Shown here piece by piece: positions 51,313 through 62,714 of a stretch of DNA of 64,000 nucleotides. This DNA is from Flavobacteriales bacterium (GTDB lineage Bacteria > Bacteroidota > Bacteroidia > NS11-12g > UBA9320), in NCBI GenBank assembly GCA_020635395.1, contig JACJZV010000001.1, forward strand, positions 782,675-846,674, read 5' to 3'. The position numbers and the translations under genes are program-made. How positions within the stretch are numbered: position 1 is the first letter of the stretch; each line of letters begins with the position of its first letter. The notes beneath the pieces are model-generated. The model searched no databases. It saw only the letters and a list, made by a program, of their open reading frames with translations, and was not told the DNA's origin.

Positions 51313-52551
51313 ATGAAAGAATATTTGTCGTTGTCCGAAGCATCTGAACTTATTGGAAAAAGCAAAGAAACGCTTAGGCGTTGGGATAGGGAAGGCAAGC
51401 TGTCTGCTGTCCGCGAGCCAATGAGCAACTACCGAGTTTATAGGCGAGAACAAGTCGAAACACTTTTTGCTGATTTTTTCAGCCACGAAATCAAAGACAC
51501 TGTTTCTAATTATATTGAACCGCATAATGAATATACTGTTTTAGAATTGTTTGCAGGAGCTGGTGGCTTGGCAGTTGGTTTGGAAAAAGCCGGATTGAAA
51601 TGTGTCGCATTGAATGAGATTGATAAGTGGGCTTGTCAAACTTTGCGAAAAAATCGTCCAAACTGGAGAGTTCTGGAGGGCGATATTAAAAACTTTGACT
51701 TTACCGAATATCATAATTCGGTTGATGTGGTAACTGGTGGTTTTCCTTGTCAGGCGTTCAGTTATGCAGGTAAAAAACTGGGGTTCGCTGATGCAAGAGG
51801 AACTTTATTTTATGAGTTTGCAAGAGTTGTCAAAGAAGTTAACCCGCCCATTTGTATTGGAGAAAATGTTCGCGGTTTACTTAGTCACGATAATGGAAAA
51901 ACTCTGCAGGGAATGATTTCAATTTTAGATGAAATTGGATATAATGTTGTTCCTGTCCAAATTTTAAAAGCCATAAACTATAAAGTGCCACAAAAACGCG
52001 AGCGTTTAATATTGGTTGGTATCAGAAAAGACATACAGTTGAAATATGAATATCCGAAACCGCACAATAAAATCTATAATTTAAAAGATGCTTTAAAGAA
52101 AGGCGAACTTTACGATACCAATGTTCCAAAGTCGCCTGGTGCAAAATACCCACAAAGCAAAAAAGCTGTTTTAGATTTAGTTCCGCAAAAAGGATATTGG
52201 CGTGATTTACCACTTGATATTCAAAAAGAGTTTATGGGTGGAAGTTTTCATTTAGGCGGAGGAAAAACTGGAATTGCAAGGCGTATTGGTTGGGATGAGC
52301 CTTGTTTAACCTTAACTTGTAGTCCTGCACAAAAACAAACGGAAAGATGCCACCCTGAGGAAACTCGGCCGTTTACAGTTCGAGAATACGCTCGTATCCA
52401 AACTTTTCCCGATGATTGGGCTTTTGAGGGTTCTATGGCACAACAATATAAACAAATTGGAAATGCTGTTCCTGTTAATCTGGGTACAGAGGTTGGATAT
52501 TCGATTATAAAATTTTTGAATCAGTACTACAGCCTGTCAAAACCAGGATAG
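51313..52551 (+). CDS. DNA (cytosine-5)-methyltransferase with an N-terminal MerR/excisionase-like HTH domain.
   Basis: Motif I is LFAGAGGLAVGLE, motif IV is GGFPCQAFSYAGK, motif VI is ENVRGL, and motif X is QIGNAVPV. The N-terminal ~50 aa LSLSEASELIGKSKETLRRWDREGKL form an HTH. The first ATG is at 51313; the ORF-track start is TTG 51307. Confidence 0.85.
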   Translation: MKEYLSLSEASELIGKSKETLRRWDREGKLSAVREPMSNYRVYRREQVETLFADFFSHEIKDTVSNYIEPHNEYTVLELFAGAGGLAVGLEKAGLKCVALNEIDKWACQTLRKNRPNWRVLEGDIKNFDFTEYHNSVDVVTGGFPCQAFSYAGKKLGFADARGTLFYEFARVVKEVNPPICIGENVRGLLSHDNGKTLQGMISILDEIGYNVVPVQILKAINYKVPQKRERLILVGIRKDIQLKYEYPKPHNKIYNLKDALKKGELYDTNVPKSPGAKYPQSKKAVLDLVPQKGYWRDLPLDIQKEFMGGSFHLGGGKTGIARRIGWDEPCLTLTCSPAQKQTERCHPEETRPFTVREYARIQTFPDDWAFEGSMAQQYKQIGNAVPVNLGTEVGYSIIKFLNQYYSLSKPG

Positions 52552-53291
52552 TAGCTGTAGTTTTCAAAAGTGATCTGGTCTAAAATTGTTCTTTTGCTGG
52601 TTTTAGTTTCTGATTTAATTTCTTCCAAAGCAGAGTTTTTAACAATTTCTTCGGTTTCTTCAACTGATTTCAGATAGTCTTCGATTGCACCTGGAAGAAC
52701 TTTGTATAATTGAAACATTGCATCTTGTTGCCCTGATAGCAAAGCATAAAATTGGTCACCCGAAATTTTATAGACTCTGCTATGGCTGTATTCTTTGCCA
52801 TTTATGTCTCCGCTCCACAATTCACAAAAACTGCCTTTAGCAAGAATTTGCACCCAATAACATTTTGCTTGTTTGTAATCGTCTGCATATCGTTTTAACT
52901 TTTGAAAGAGTGCTTCGGATGCACTACTGTTCATAGTATTATGTTTGTTTTTTATGTCAGCAAACAAAGTGTTGTCAGTTGCTTTGACGTCATAACCGCT
53001 CAAATTGCCCGCTTCATAGCCTTTTATGCCGCCCAAAATTTGTTCGTGAAAAGTTCCGATTGAGTTATTGATTGATTTGTCAATTTGTCTTAGAATCTCT
53101 GATTGAATTAACTTTTCTTCTTCAATGTCATTGAATTTTGAGTCGAAGGTCAATTTGATTGTGTCAACCTTGTTTGAGTAAAAATTCTTCTTTGTGATGT
53201 TGTTTTTCGCCTTCAAGTATGCTTTGTGAAGATTCCCTATACAGGCCAACAAATGTTGGTCGGATATGAAGTTTACATATTTGTTTTTCAT
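52527..53291 (-). CDS. Putative type II restriction endonuclease partner of the C5-MTase, with a PD-(D/E)xK-like motif.
   Basis: It is convergent with the MTase and overlaps it by 25 nt. GYDVKATDNTLFADIKNK fits the D...(D/E)xK pattern. The region is AT-rich. No family-level identification. Confidence 0.4.
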   Translation of the reverse strand: MKNKYVNFISDQHLLACIGNLHKAYLKAKNNITKKNFYSNKVDTIKLTFDSKFNDIEEEKLIQSEILRQIDKSINNSIGTFHEQILGGIKGYEAGNLSGYDVKATDNTLFADIKNKHNTMNSSASEALFQKLKRYADDYKQAKCYWVQILAKGSFCELWSGDINGKEYSHSRVYKISGDQFYALLSGQQDAMFQLYKVLPGAIEDYLKSVEETEEIVKNSALEEIKSETKTSKRTILDQITFENYSYYPGFDRL

Positions 53292-53413
53292 TCAATCATC
53301 CTAATTTTATGTATCAAATTTAAGGCGAAATCTCATCTATTTCTAATTGTGACTGACAAATACATTCCGTTGATACGTCTTTAATCTCTCTAAAATCATT
53401 CAATTAACTCAAC

Positions 53414-53728
53414 TTACTTCTTATCAAAAACATGATTATATGCTATTTCTAAGGCATGAAGCAACAAATCATGGGGTAAGTTGTCAATTTCAAAACATGT
53501 CCAACCTTGCAACCCCCATTTGTTGTTTACGGGATAAATAGCATCACCAAAATTGCTAAAAACAGATTGCTCGGCCAACGGAAGCTTGAGGTTTGCTGTT
53601 TTAGTGGGACTGTGCAGGGTGGCAAAAATGCGTTTACCAATCACTTTAAATGCCGTTCTGTCGAAATGCGGTTTCTCTTCCGTTTTTTCAAAACTAAGAA
53701 CGGTATTAGTGAATTCAATTTCTGTCAT
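53414..53728 (-). CDS. Small MmcQ/YjbR-like protein (104 aa).
   Basis: The size and the central ...FKVIGKRIFATL... segment resemble the YjbR family. The call is tentative. Confidence 0.35.
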   Translation of the reverse strand: MTEIEFTNTVLSFEKTEEKPHFDRTAFKVIGKRIFATLHSPTKTANLKLPLAEQSVFSNFGDAIYPVNNKWGLQGWTCFEIDNLPHDLLLHALEIAYNHVFDKK

Positions 53729-55157
53729 CCGATTTCAATATAGGTTTTGACACGAAATATTCATTATTCAATTCGAACTTAAAAAAATAAAATCCATCCG
53801 AAAATGCCGATAAATCAACGTCCGTTTGTTTTAAATTTCTAAAATCCATTTCTTTAATTTTCAAACCATGTACATCAAAAATAGAAATTTTGGCCGATGC
53901 AATTTCTTCTGAAAAAATGACTGAAACTACGGCATTGGTTGGGTTTGGTTGTATATGAATAGCATTTGTTAGGGGCATTTTTGCAATACCCGAAATGTTA
54001 CAAGAATCTATCCGTTGGGCAAAAAATTTAGCCATATTTTCTGTTCTAAGCGAGAAGTTGTCGATGGCGTGACAGGCAGTGTTGGTTTGTTGCAAACAGT
54101 TATAATTATTGGTGGTTTTGTCAAAAAAATAGTTGCATGTTGGTTTTGACTGTTTTTTGAGAGTATCGATAAGTGCCGTAAATCCGGCACTTCCATACGC
54201 CCACGGTCTGTTAATTATATTTCCGCAATTTGCCGGAAAACCTTGCATGCACGATACATATCCGGCCAAAAGTCGTTGATGGTTGTATGGCACAATCAAA
54301 TCGCAGGGTTGGTGGTAGGTGTATAAATCCGGCGATTTTGAACCGTGCGATTCAAAGATATTGTTGAAAACACCTCCGTAAAAATTACCGACCGCTTTGA
54401 TGGTGAAAGGTGTTGTTGAGTAGTTGAGCGTACCTTTTAAATCACCCAAGTTGGGTCGAGAAAGCACCATCGAATCAACAGAAACAGCGAGGCCAACGGT
54501 TTTTAGGCAGGGAGATTCATACAACTTATTGGGCTTTGGGGCATTGCCCAAATTTGCAATAAGGCTGGTCAAAATTTCGGTAGAGTCATCGATAAATCCA
54601 ACGCCCATTGCCACAAAACCTCCGGCACTTTCGCCTACTAAAAATACCTGATTGGCATCTATTTGATATTTTTTTGCATTTTGCACCAAATACCGAATGG
54701 CACCATACACATCTTGGATGCCTCGGTAGTTTGCCCGATACCACTCGCTGGAGTCGGTAGTATTAAAACAGTTCCAATTCGGGATATTGCAGTTTACCAA
54801 TTTTTCGGTATGAAATAACCCCAATCTATAGTCAACAGATGCAGTGGTGTAGCCGCGTTTGGCAAAATGTTCACGCATTGTAGGTGGGTAGCCTTCTGCT
54901 TTGTGTCCGGCCATCCAGGCCCCGCCATGCACAATAACCATAAGCGGTCGTCCACAAATCGGGGCGGTATCATTTGTTGGGTATGAAATATCTAATTTCA
55001 GCGAACGTTCAGTGCCCGCAAAATCGACCATTTTGCCATATTCAATGTCAGTTTCAGTTTTTATTGAATAGATTGTATCAATGTAATTTTGAGCAGAGGC
55101 CAGTACGTTTATAAAAACTACAACAAATGCTGATACAAAAATTTTCTTTGAATTCAT
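53715..55157 (-). CDS. Secreted alpha/beta-hydrolase (esterase/lipase, HSL-like) with a T9SS type-A C-terminal sorting domain.
   Basis: Signal peptide. The oxyanion motif is HGGAW and the nucleophile elbow is GESAGG. The C-terminal ~80 aa IQPNPTNAVVSV...GFYFFKFELNNEYFVSK are a T9SS tail. Confidence 0.75.
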   Translation of the reverse strand: MNSKKIFVSAFVVVFINVLASAQNYIDTIYSIKTETDIEYGKMVDFAGTERSLKLDISYPTNDTAPICGRPLMVIVHGGAWMAGHKAEGYPPTMREHFAKRGYTTASVDYRLGLFHTEKLVNCNIPNWNCFNTTDSSEWYRANYRGIQDVYGAIRYLVQNAKKYQIDANQVFLVGESAGGFVAMGVGFIDDSTEILTSLIANLGNAPKPNKLYESPCLKTVGLAVSVDSMVLSRPNLGDLKGTLNYSTTPFTIKAVGNFYGGVFNNIFESHGSKSPDLYTYHQPCDLIVPYNHQRLLAGYVSCMQGFPANCGNIINRPWAYGSAGFTALIDTLKKQSKPTCNYFFDKTTNNYNCLQQTNTACHAIDNFSLRTENMAKFFAQRIDSCNISGIAKMPLTNAIHIQPNPTNAVVSVIFSEEIASAKISIFDVHGLKIKEMDFRNLKQTDVDLSAFSDGFYFFKFELNNEYFVSKPILKSDDRN

Positions 55158-55270
55158 AGTATCAAAGTTACCACTTTGTTTAAACGAAAAGCAATATGTT
55201 TTTGTAAGGGAATGGATTTTTGAGAATATGCGGTGTCGTTTGAATCGAGGACAGAAATGTGTGGCTCGAG

Positions 55271-55912
55271 CTATAGAACATTTTTAATGATTTTTTCCTT
55301 CAAGTTACCGGATATATCATACACAAAAAGTGCATAATAAAACGTAAGACCCTCGGAGTTTTCGGTTGCCAACAAAAAGTTGCCAGATTCTGTACGATAA
55401 ACATTCATGTATTCTAGGTTTGGTGAGTATAAATTTGAAATGAAATGAGTTTTGGTGGTCAACTTTTCACCATCAATTTGTATGGTAATGCTCGAAAATT
55501 GGTGAGTGGGTGGATGTAAAATAGACTCATCTACGCCCAAACACTGATTTAAGTAGGCAGAATCAGAAAAGTATTTTTCCATAAACCGAGCGGAGTCAAC
55601 GCTTTTGGTACGGATGGTTATTAGCACAGAATCGCTCCTGAACATGAGCGTGGTATCATTGATTAGTCTTTGATTGAAAGGTTTATAATTAAATCGAACA
55701 AAATATTCAAAATTTGGAACTCCTTCGAACCTGTCACAATCTTGAGTCAGATAGCTAAGGGGTATTGATGTGTCGTATTCAACCAAGGTGTCATCATAAC
55801 CCCGATGCATTATAACATCATATTTTTCGGGCAATTGTCCGTACAATTCCAAATTAGATTGAAATAGTAAAAAGGAAAGTATAGATAGCCAAAAGAATCT
55901 CTTCAAAATCAA
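55271..55912 (-). CDS. Hypothetical secreted protein (213 aa).
   Basis: Signal peptide; TTG start. No recognisable family. Confidence 0.4.
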   Translation of the reverse strand: MILKRFFWLSILSFLLFQSNLELYGQLPEKYDVIMHRGYDDTLVEYDTSIPLSYLTQDCDRFEGVPNFEYFVRFNYKPFNQRLINDTTLMFRSDSVLITIRTKSVDSARFMEKYFSDSAYLNQCLGVDESILHPPTHQFSSITIQIDGEKLTTKTHFISNLYSPNLEYMNVYRTESGNFLLATENSEGLTFYYALFVYDISGNLKEKIIKNVL

Positions 55913-55931
55913 TCTCTTTTAGCGAAAGTAC

Positions 55932-55969
55932 AAAAAAAAATCCCCGACCAACAGTCGGGGATTTTTTTA
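55932..55969. terminator. Bidirectional rho-independent terminator downstream of groEL.
   Basis: A8-ATCCCCGAC caacA GTCGGGGAT-T7 is a 9-bp stem flanked by A and T runs. Confidence 0.7.
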
Positions 55970-55991
55970 AATGTATTTCCGAAAAGGCAGA

Positions 55992-57656
<1,665 letters not shown>

Positions 57657-57661
57657 TTAGA

Positions 57662-57931
57662 TTAAACAATTGCAAGGATGTCTGATTCCCGCATCATCAA
57701 ATAGTCTTTTCCTTCTACCTGAAGTTCTGTGCCTGAATATTTTCCATAAAGCACCAAATCACCAACCTTTACAGTCGTTGGTTCATCTTTTTTTCCGGGG
57801 CCAACGGCCACAACCGTGCCTTTTTGAGGCTTCTCCTTTGCGGTGTCAGGAATATAAATTCCGCCCGCTGTTTTTTCTTCTGCCGCCGCAGGTTCTACCA
57901 AAACTCTGTCTGCTAATGGTTGAATTTTCAT
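57662..57931 (-). CDS. groS: Co-chaperonin GroES.
   Basis: 89 aa. [14 protein letters not shown]...[21 protein letters not shown]. It lies 29 nt upstream of groEL. Confidence 0.9.
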   Translation of the reverse strand: MKIQPLADRVLVEPAAAEEKTAGGIYIPDTAKEKPQKGTVVAVGPGKKDEPTTVKVGDLVLYGKYSGTELQVEGKDYLMMRESDILAIV

Positions 57932-58067
57932 ATCTACAATTATTTAAACGTGTATTTTTTTATTGGCCAAATCTCATTTTTTGTGCCAAAACAAATTCTG
58001 CTGACGATACGTCAAAAAGGTGGGTCAGAATGGCAGTTTAAGAAAATTTGTGTCAGTAAATTTTGAA

Positions 58068-58424
58068 TTATGGGGTTCCAACAGGTACATCACCGTTGTT
58101 ACCATTTTGGGCATTGTTTGGTTCAGGTGCCGTATTAGGAATGTTAGGAATATCCAAGTTTACATCCTCAACACCCGATTTTTCAACATCGCTTGATTTG
58201 GTTCCGGGAACAACCAAGTTGCTTACCAAAGTCAAAAACAAAAGAGCAATGGCTAAACCCCAAGTAGCTTTTTCAACAAAATCGTTGGTTTTTTTAACTC
58301 CCATAATTTGGTTGGCAGCCGAAAAGTTAGAAGAAATACCGCCACCTTTTGGTTTTTGAATTAAAACAATAAAAATAAGTGCGATACTTACAATGATGGC
58401 CAATATTACGATGAGATTATACAT
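58068..58424 (-). CDS. secG: Preprotein translocase subunit SecG.
   Basis: 118 aa. The N-terminal TM helix plus LIQKPKGGG is SecG-like, and there is a second TM helix. Confidence 0.65.
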   Translation of the reverse strand: MYNLIVILAIIVSIALIFIVLIQKPKGGGISSNFSAANQIMGVKKTNDFVEKATWGLAIALLFLTLVSNLVVPGTKSSDVEKSGVEDVNLDIPNIPNTAPEPNNAQNGNNGDVPVGTP

Positions 58425-58431
58425 TGTTCTT

Positions 58432-59370
58432 TTATTCTAAATTATGTTCTTTTCTTATTTTTTCGATAAGGGCTGCAAAATAAGCCATCTTTTCGGGAAT
58501 TTGCAACCTCAATTTTTCATAAATATCTAATGCCAAGTCGGGTCTCTTTTGTTTTAGGTGCAAATCGGCTAAAGATTCGGTAACAATTTGATTTTCATAG
58601 CTTTTGGCAATTTCTGTTTTGTCTAAATTTATCCGAATTTTCGCTTTTTGAGGTCGGTTTTTGATGAAATTTTCTAAAAGCTCTTTTGCTTCATCACTAA
58701 TTATGAGGGGTCGAGGTTTGGGTTTTTTGGTTTCTTCAGGGGCATCCAATTCACTCAACCAATCCAAAAATCCATGTTTTTCGTTTGTCGGTTTGGGTTT
58801 TGGGGTTGGGGTTTCATCCAGCGGAATGTTCTTTACAACTTTAGACTCATTTGTATCTCCTTTGACAAATTTTTGTAATTCAATTAATGGGTCATAAACC
58901 GGTGTAACCACGGGTTTTTTCGGATTTTCCTTTTCAATAGATTCGGGTGTATCCACTTTTGGGACTGCAATTTCCACAACCGATTCCTCAATAGGTGTAA
59001 TAATTTCTTCCATGGGTATTTCTGGTAGAATTTCCTCGACAGTTTCTACCAAAACGTCTGCTGCGTCAACCGTTTTTGGTTCGGAAATGGCTGAAACAGT
59101 TTCTTTTTCTGTGGTTACCGATTGAAGTGATTTTTGCTTTTCATCGTGCAAAAAGGCGTACAAAACTTCTCTATTTCCGGCAAAAAGTGATGCTTTTTTT
59201 AACGCTTTTTTTAGGGTAAATTTCTTTTCATTTTTAAGACAACGTGCCTCTAAGGTATGCAGGGTTGAAAACCAGGGATATTTTTTTTGAAATTCAACAA
59301 TCGACAAAAACTGTTCATGCCCCAATTTTTCAGGACTTTCAACAAAAGATATGATGTCGGTAGCTGTCAA
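58432..59370 (-). CDS. Hypothetical protein (312 aa), co-transcribed with secG.
   Basis: TTG start. It has a Pro/Glu/Lys-rich central linker and helical termini. There is a 7-nt gap to secG. Confidence 0.4.
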   Translation of the reverse strand: MTATDIISFVESPEKLGHEQFLSIVEFQKKYPWFSTLHTLEARCLKNEKKFTLKKALKKASLFAGNREVLYAFLHDEKQKSLQSVTTEKETVSAISEPKTVDAADVLVETVEEILPEIPMEEIITPIEESVVEIAVPKVDTPESIEKENPKKPVVTPVYDPLIELQKFVKGDTNESKVVKNIPLDETPTPKPKPTNEKHGFLDWLSELDAPEETKKPKPRPLIISDEAKELLENFIKNRPQKAKIRINLDKTEIAKSYENQIVTESLADLHLKQKRPDLALDIYEKLRLQIPEKMAYFAALIEKIRKEHNLE

Positions 59371-59377
59371 AAAAAAG

Positions 59378-59881
59378 TTACCAATTGTTTGCAGATTTAT
59401 TAAATATTTCCTGAACTAAATTGTCAGATATCGTCTCGATAAGTTCTGATTCAACATCCGATAGGTTTTTGCTGGCATCAAAACTTTCAGTTTTCGTAAA
59501 ATTGGTTTCAAAAGCATTGCTCGGGGCTTTTTCGCTCACCAGTTTTATGTGAACCGTAATGCTCAGTTGGTTCTGGGTTGCACCTGTGGTGGTGCTCGAC
59601 CCCATGGCTTTTACCTGATAGTCGCTGATGTATCCGCTAAAAGCATAGTCGCCGTTTTCTCCAACCATTTTCAATTTTGTCTGCCTCAAAAATTGGTCCC
59701 GAAGTTTGTTAGTAATCATGGGGCTCAAGGCAGGGTTAACAATTGAGGCATTATTTTCAATAAAATCAACACTAAAAGATTCTATCTCTGCCGGTATAGA
59801 AACGCCTTTAAAGCTGTAGAAACACGACCACAAGCTTGCCGAAATAAGAAACAAAAATATGCTCGTTTTATTCCAGTTCAT
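59378..59881 (-). CDS. LptE-like lipoprotein (167 aa).
   Basis: The lipobox is LWSC. The size and the conserved miaB/sigma-54/secG neighbourhood suggest LptE. There is no direct motif proof. Confidence 0.4.
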   Translation of the reverse strand: MNWNKTSIFLFLISASLWSCFYSFKGVSIPAEIESFSVDFIENNASIVNPALSPMITNKLRDQFLRQTKLKMVGENGDYAFSGYISDYQVKAMGSSTTTGATQNQLSITVHIKLVSEKAPSNAFETNFTKTESFDASKNLSDVESELIETISDNLVQEIFNKSANNW

Positions 59882-61124
59882 ATTGTTTTATTTTTCGATA
59901 CAATGTTCGCTCAGAAATGCCCAAATCTCGTGCGGCACGCTTTCGTTTGCCATTGTTTTTAAGCAGAGCTTTTTTTATCAATTCTTCTTCTTTTTGTTCA
60001 AGCGAAAGGTTTTCTTCCATATTTACCGCATCATCGGGCTCAATTATAAAGTGATGGTGGTCGTTGTTCTGATCCTCCTCATCCATATTTCTGCTGATGG
60101 TAATTTCGGATGAATAATCGTTTGAAGGGCTACCAGCCTCGGCCAATACACGTTGAATAATGGCCTGATTGCCCTGAACAATTTCTTCTTTTGAGCCACT
60201 TTTTTTGAGTAGTTCAAGCACAATCTTTTTTAAATCCGACATTTCATTTTTCATGTCGAAAAGCACTTTATAAAAAATGTCTCTTTCAGAAAAATCATTT
60301 CCACTGCTATTGGAATGTGATGCAATTGCAGGTAAACGGTTGTTGCCGTCTGGTAGGTATTGACTCAGAGTCATTGCGGAAATCAGCTTATTTTGCTCTA
60401 ATACATAAAGCTGTTCGGCCAAATTTTTCAATTGCCGAATGTTTCCCGGCCAAGCATATTTCATCAATAAATTTTCTGCATCGGCATCCAATTCAATCTC
60501 TGGCGAATGATATTTTTCGGCCAGATCGAACGAAAATTTCTTAAACAAAAGCAAAATGTCGGTCGGACGCTCACGCAATGCAGGCACTTTTATGGGCAGA
60601 GTAGAAAGGCGGTAGTATAAATCTTCTCTGAACTTCCCGTTTTGGGTTTCGACAAATAGGTCTTTGTTGGTGGCCGTAATTACACGTACATCGGTAGTTT
60701 GCACCTTTGAGGAACCTACTTTTATGTATTCTCCATTTTCTAATAGCCTCAATAATCTTGATTGCGTTTCGAGTGGCAATTCGCCTACTTCGTCCAAAAA
60801 TATGGTTCCTCCGTTTACGGTTTCAAAATATCCTTTTCGGCTGTCTATGGCACCGGTAAAAGCACCTTTTTCGTGTCCAAAAAGCTCTGAATTTATTGTT
60901 CCTTCCGGTATAGCTCCACAGTTGATGGCTATAAAAGGCCCATGCTTTCTGTTGCTAAGCTGATGAATAATTTTTGAAAAAGATTCTTTACCCACGCCGC
61001 TTTCACCTTGTATATAAACGGTGATGTCGGTGGGTGCCACTCGAACGGCTGTTTCCAAAGCATAATTTAGTCGTGGCGAGTTTCCTACAATGCCAAATCG
61101 TTGCTTAATTTGTTGCAAATCCAT
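59868..61124 (-). CDS. Sigma-54-dependent transcriptional activator with an AAA+ domain and a C-terminal Fis-type HTH but no N-terminal sensor or receiver domain.
   Basis: Walker A is GESGVGKE, and GAFTGA is present. The C-terminal HTH is GISERTLYRKIKQYEL. The AAA+ domain starts within the first 20 aa, so there is no N-terminal regulatory domain. Confidence 0.8.
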   Translation of the reverse strand: MDLQQIKQRFGIVGNSPRLNYALETAVRVAPTDITVYIQGESGVGKESFSKIIHQLSNRKHGPFIAINCGAIPEGTINSELFGHEKGAFTGAIDSRKGYFETVNGGTIFLDEVGELPLETQSRLLRLLENGEYIKVGSSKVQTTDVRVITATNKDLFVETQNGKFREDLYYRLSTLPIKVPALRERPTDILLLFKKFSFDLAEKYHSPEIELDADAENLLMKYAWPGNIRQLKNLAEQLYVLEQNKLISAMTLSQYLPDGNNRLPAIASHSNSSGNDFSERDIFYKVLFDMKNEMSDLKKIVLELLKKSGSKEEIVQGNQAIIQRVLAEAGSPSNDYSSEITISRNMDEEDQNNDHHHFIIEPDDAVNMEENLSLEQKEEELIKKALLKNNGKRKRAARDLGISERTLYRKIKQYELE

Positions 61125-62551
61125 TATCGAACTACCTCCGTTTCTGCCAATTTTGGTTTTTCGGCATTTTCAAAAGAGGTCAAACCTACAGCCTTTCCAA
61201 TAAGGCTGGTGGTGGTTGATTTCTCAATCTGCACATCAACGTATTGACCTTTTTCGTAGTTTTCTTTTGGAAAGATTGTAACAATATGTTGGTCACATTT
61301 GCCCATCCAATCGTCTGCCGAGCGTTTTGATTCAGACTCAATCAAAACCGTCACAATTTTTCCAACTCGTTCTTTGTTTTTTCTTTTCGATACTTCGTTT
61401 TGCAAATCAATTATTTCCGTCAATCTTCGTTTTTTTGTTTCCAAAGGAACATCATCGGCATATTTCTTGGCGGCCAAAGTGCCAGGGCGTTCGCTGTAGT
61501 AATACATGTATGAAAAGTCGAAATCAGACCATTTCATTAAAGATAAGGTGTCGTTATGTTCCTCTTCCGTTTCGGTGCAAAAACCTGCAATGATATCGCA
61601 GCTAATACCACATTCCGGAATTATTTGTCGAATGCGTTCCACCTTTTCCATATACCACTCTCGGTCGTAGGTTCGGTTCATTTTTTCCAAAATTCTGCTG
61701 TTGCCAGACTGTGCAGGAAGGTGAATGTATTTACAAATGTTTGGATATTTTGCCATGGTATAAAGCACGTCATCTGTAATATCCTTTGGGTGTGAGGTGG
61801 AGAAACGGACTCTGAGCTGTGGATTTACTTTAGCTACCATTTCTAAAAGTTGAGCAAAGTTTACAGAGTTTTCTTTTTCCTCTTTAGTTAGTTTTTTGAA
61901 ATCCTTTTTTGGGCCTCCGCCAAACCATAAATAGCTGTCCACATTCTGTCCGAGCAGGGTAACCTCTCGGTAGCCGGCATTGAAAAGCTCTGTTGCCTCC
62001 CGAACGATGGTTTCCGGCTCTCGGCTTCGTTCTCGGCCTCGGGTAAAAGGCACCACACAAAAGCTGCACATATTGTCGCAGCCACGCATAATGCTGATAT
62101 AAGCCGTTACCCCATTGCTATTCAGTCGGGTGGGGGTTATTTCGGCATACGTTTCTTCAAGAGAAAGAATAACATTGATGGCTTTGTCTCCGTCTTCCAC
62201 TTCGGCCACAAGTTTTGGCAAATCTCGGTAGGCATCTGGGCCAACCACTATATCCACCAGTTTTTCTTGCTCCATCAGTTGGTCTTTTAGCCGCTCGGCC
62301 ATGCACCCCAAAACACCTACAACCAAGTGGTTATTTCTTTTTTTGTTGTTTCTTAAATGATTGAGTCGGTGTCGTATTTTTTGTTCCGCATTATCTCTAA
62401 TAGAACAGGTATTCAAGAATACCACATCCGCATTTTCCTCATTATTAGTGGTTTCGTATCCGCTCTCTGCCATGATGGAGGCAACCACTTCGCTGTCCGA
62501 AAAATTCATCGCACAGCCGTAACTCTCTATGTAAATTTGTTTTTTTACCAC
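61124..62551 (-). CDS. miaB: tRNA-i6A37 methylthiotransferase MiaB (radical SAM).
   Basis: GTG start. The N-terminal MTTase cluster is YGCAMN and the radical-SAM motif is CSFCVVP. A TRAM-like C-terminus is present. Confidence 0.85.
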   Translation of the reverse strand: MVKKQIYIESYGCAMNFSDSEVVASIMAESGYETTNNEENADVVFLNTCSIRDNAEQKIRHRLNHLRNNKKRNNHLVVGVLGCMAERLKDQLMEQEKLVDIVVGPDAYRDLPKLVAEVEDGDKAINVILSLEETYAEITPTRLNSNGVTAYISIMRGCDNMCSFCVVPFTRGRERSREPETIVREATELFNAGYREVTLLGQNVDSYLWFGGGPKKDFKKLTKEEKENSVNFAQLLEMVAKVNPQLRVRFSTSHPKDITDDVLYTMAKYPNICKYIHLPAQSGNSRILEKMNRTYDREWYMEKVERIRQIIPECGISCDIIAGFCTETEEEHNDTLSLMKWSDFDFSYMYYYSERPGTLAAKKYADDVPLETKKRRLTEIIDLQNEVSKRKNKERVGKIVTVLIESESKRSADDWMGKCDQHIVTIFPKENYEKGQYVDVQIEKSTTTSLIGKAVGLTSFENAEKPKLAETEVVR

Positions 62552-62714
62552 TTCTAAAAATGTGTTGCAAAGGTAAATATGTGAGTGACATTTTGGCAGT
62601 AGTATTCAATTTTTTGGATAAATAATTTAAGATTTACGTCAGAAAATAGAGGGGTGTGGTATAGTGAAAACAATTTGGTAATATTGCATCACTTAATAAA
62701 ATAAAGTTTTAAGA

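Noticed and set aside
57932-58067. Searched the groES upstream region for a CIRCE (TTAGCACTC-N9-GAGTGCTAA) HrcA operator.
   Set aside because: No CIRCE-like inverted repeat is present. This is consistent with sigma-factor-based heat-shock control in many Bacteroidota.
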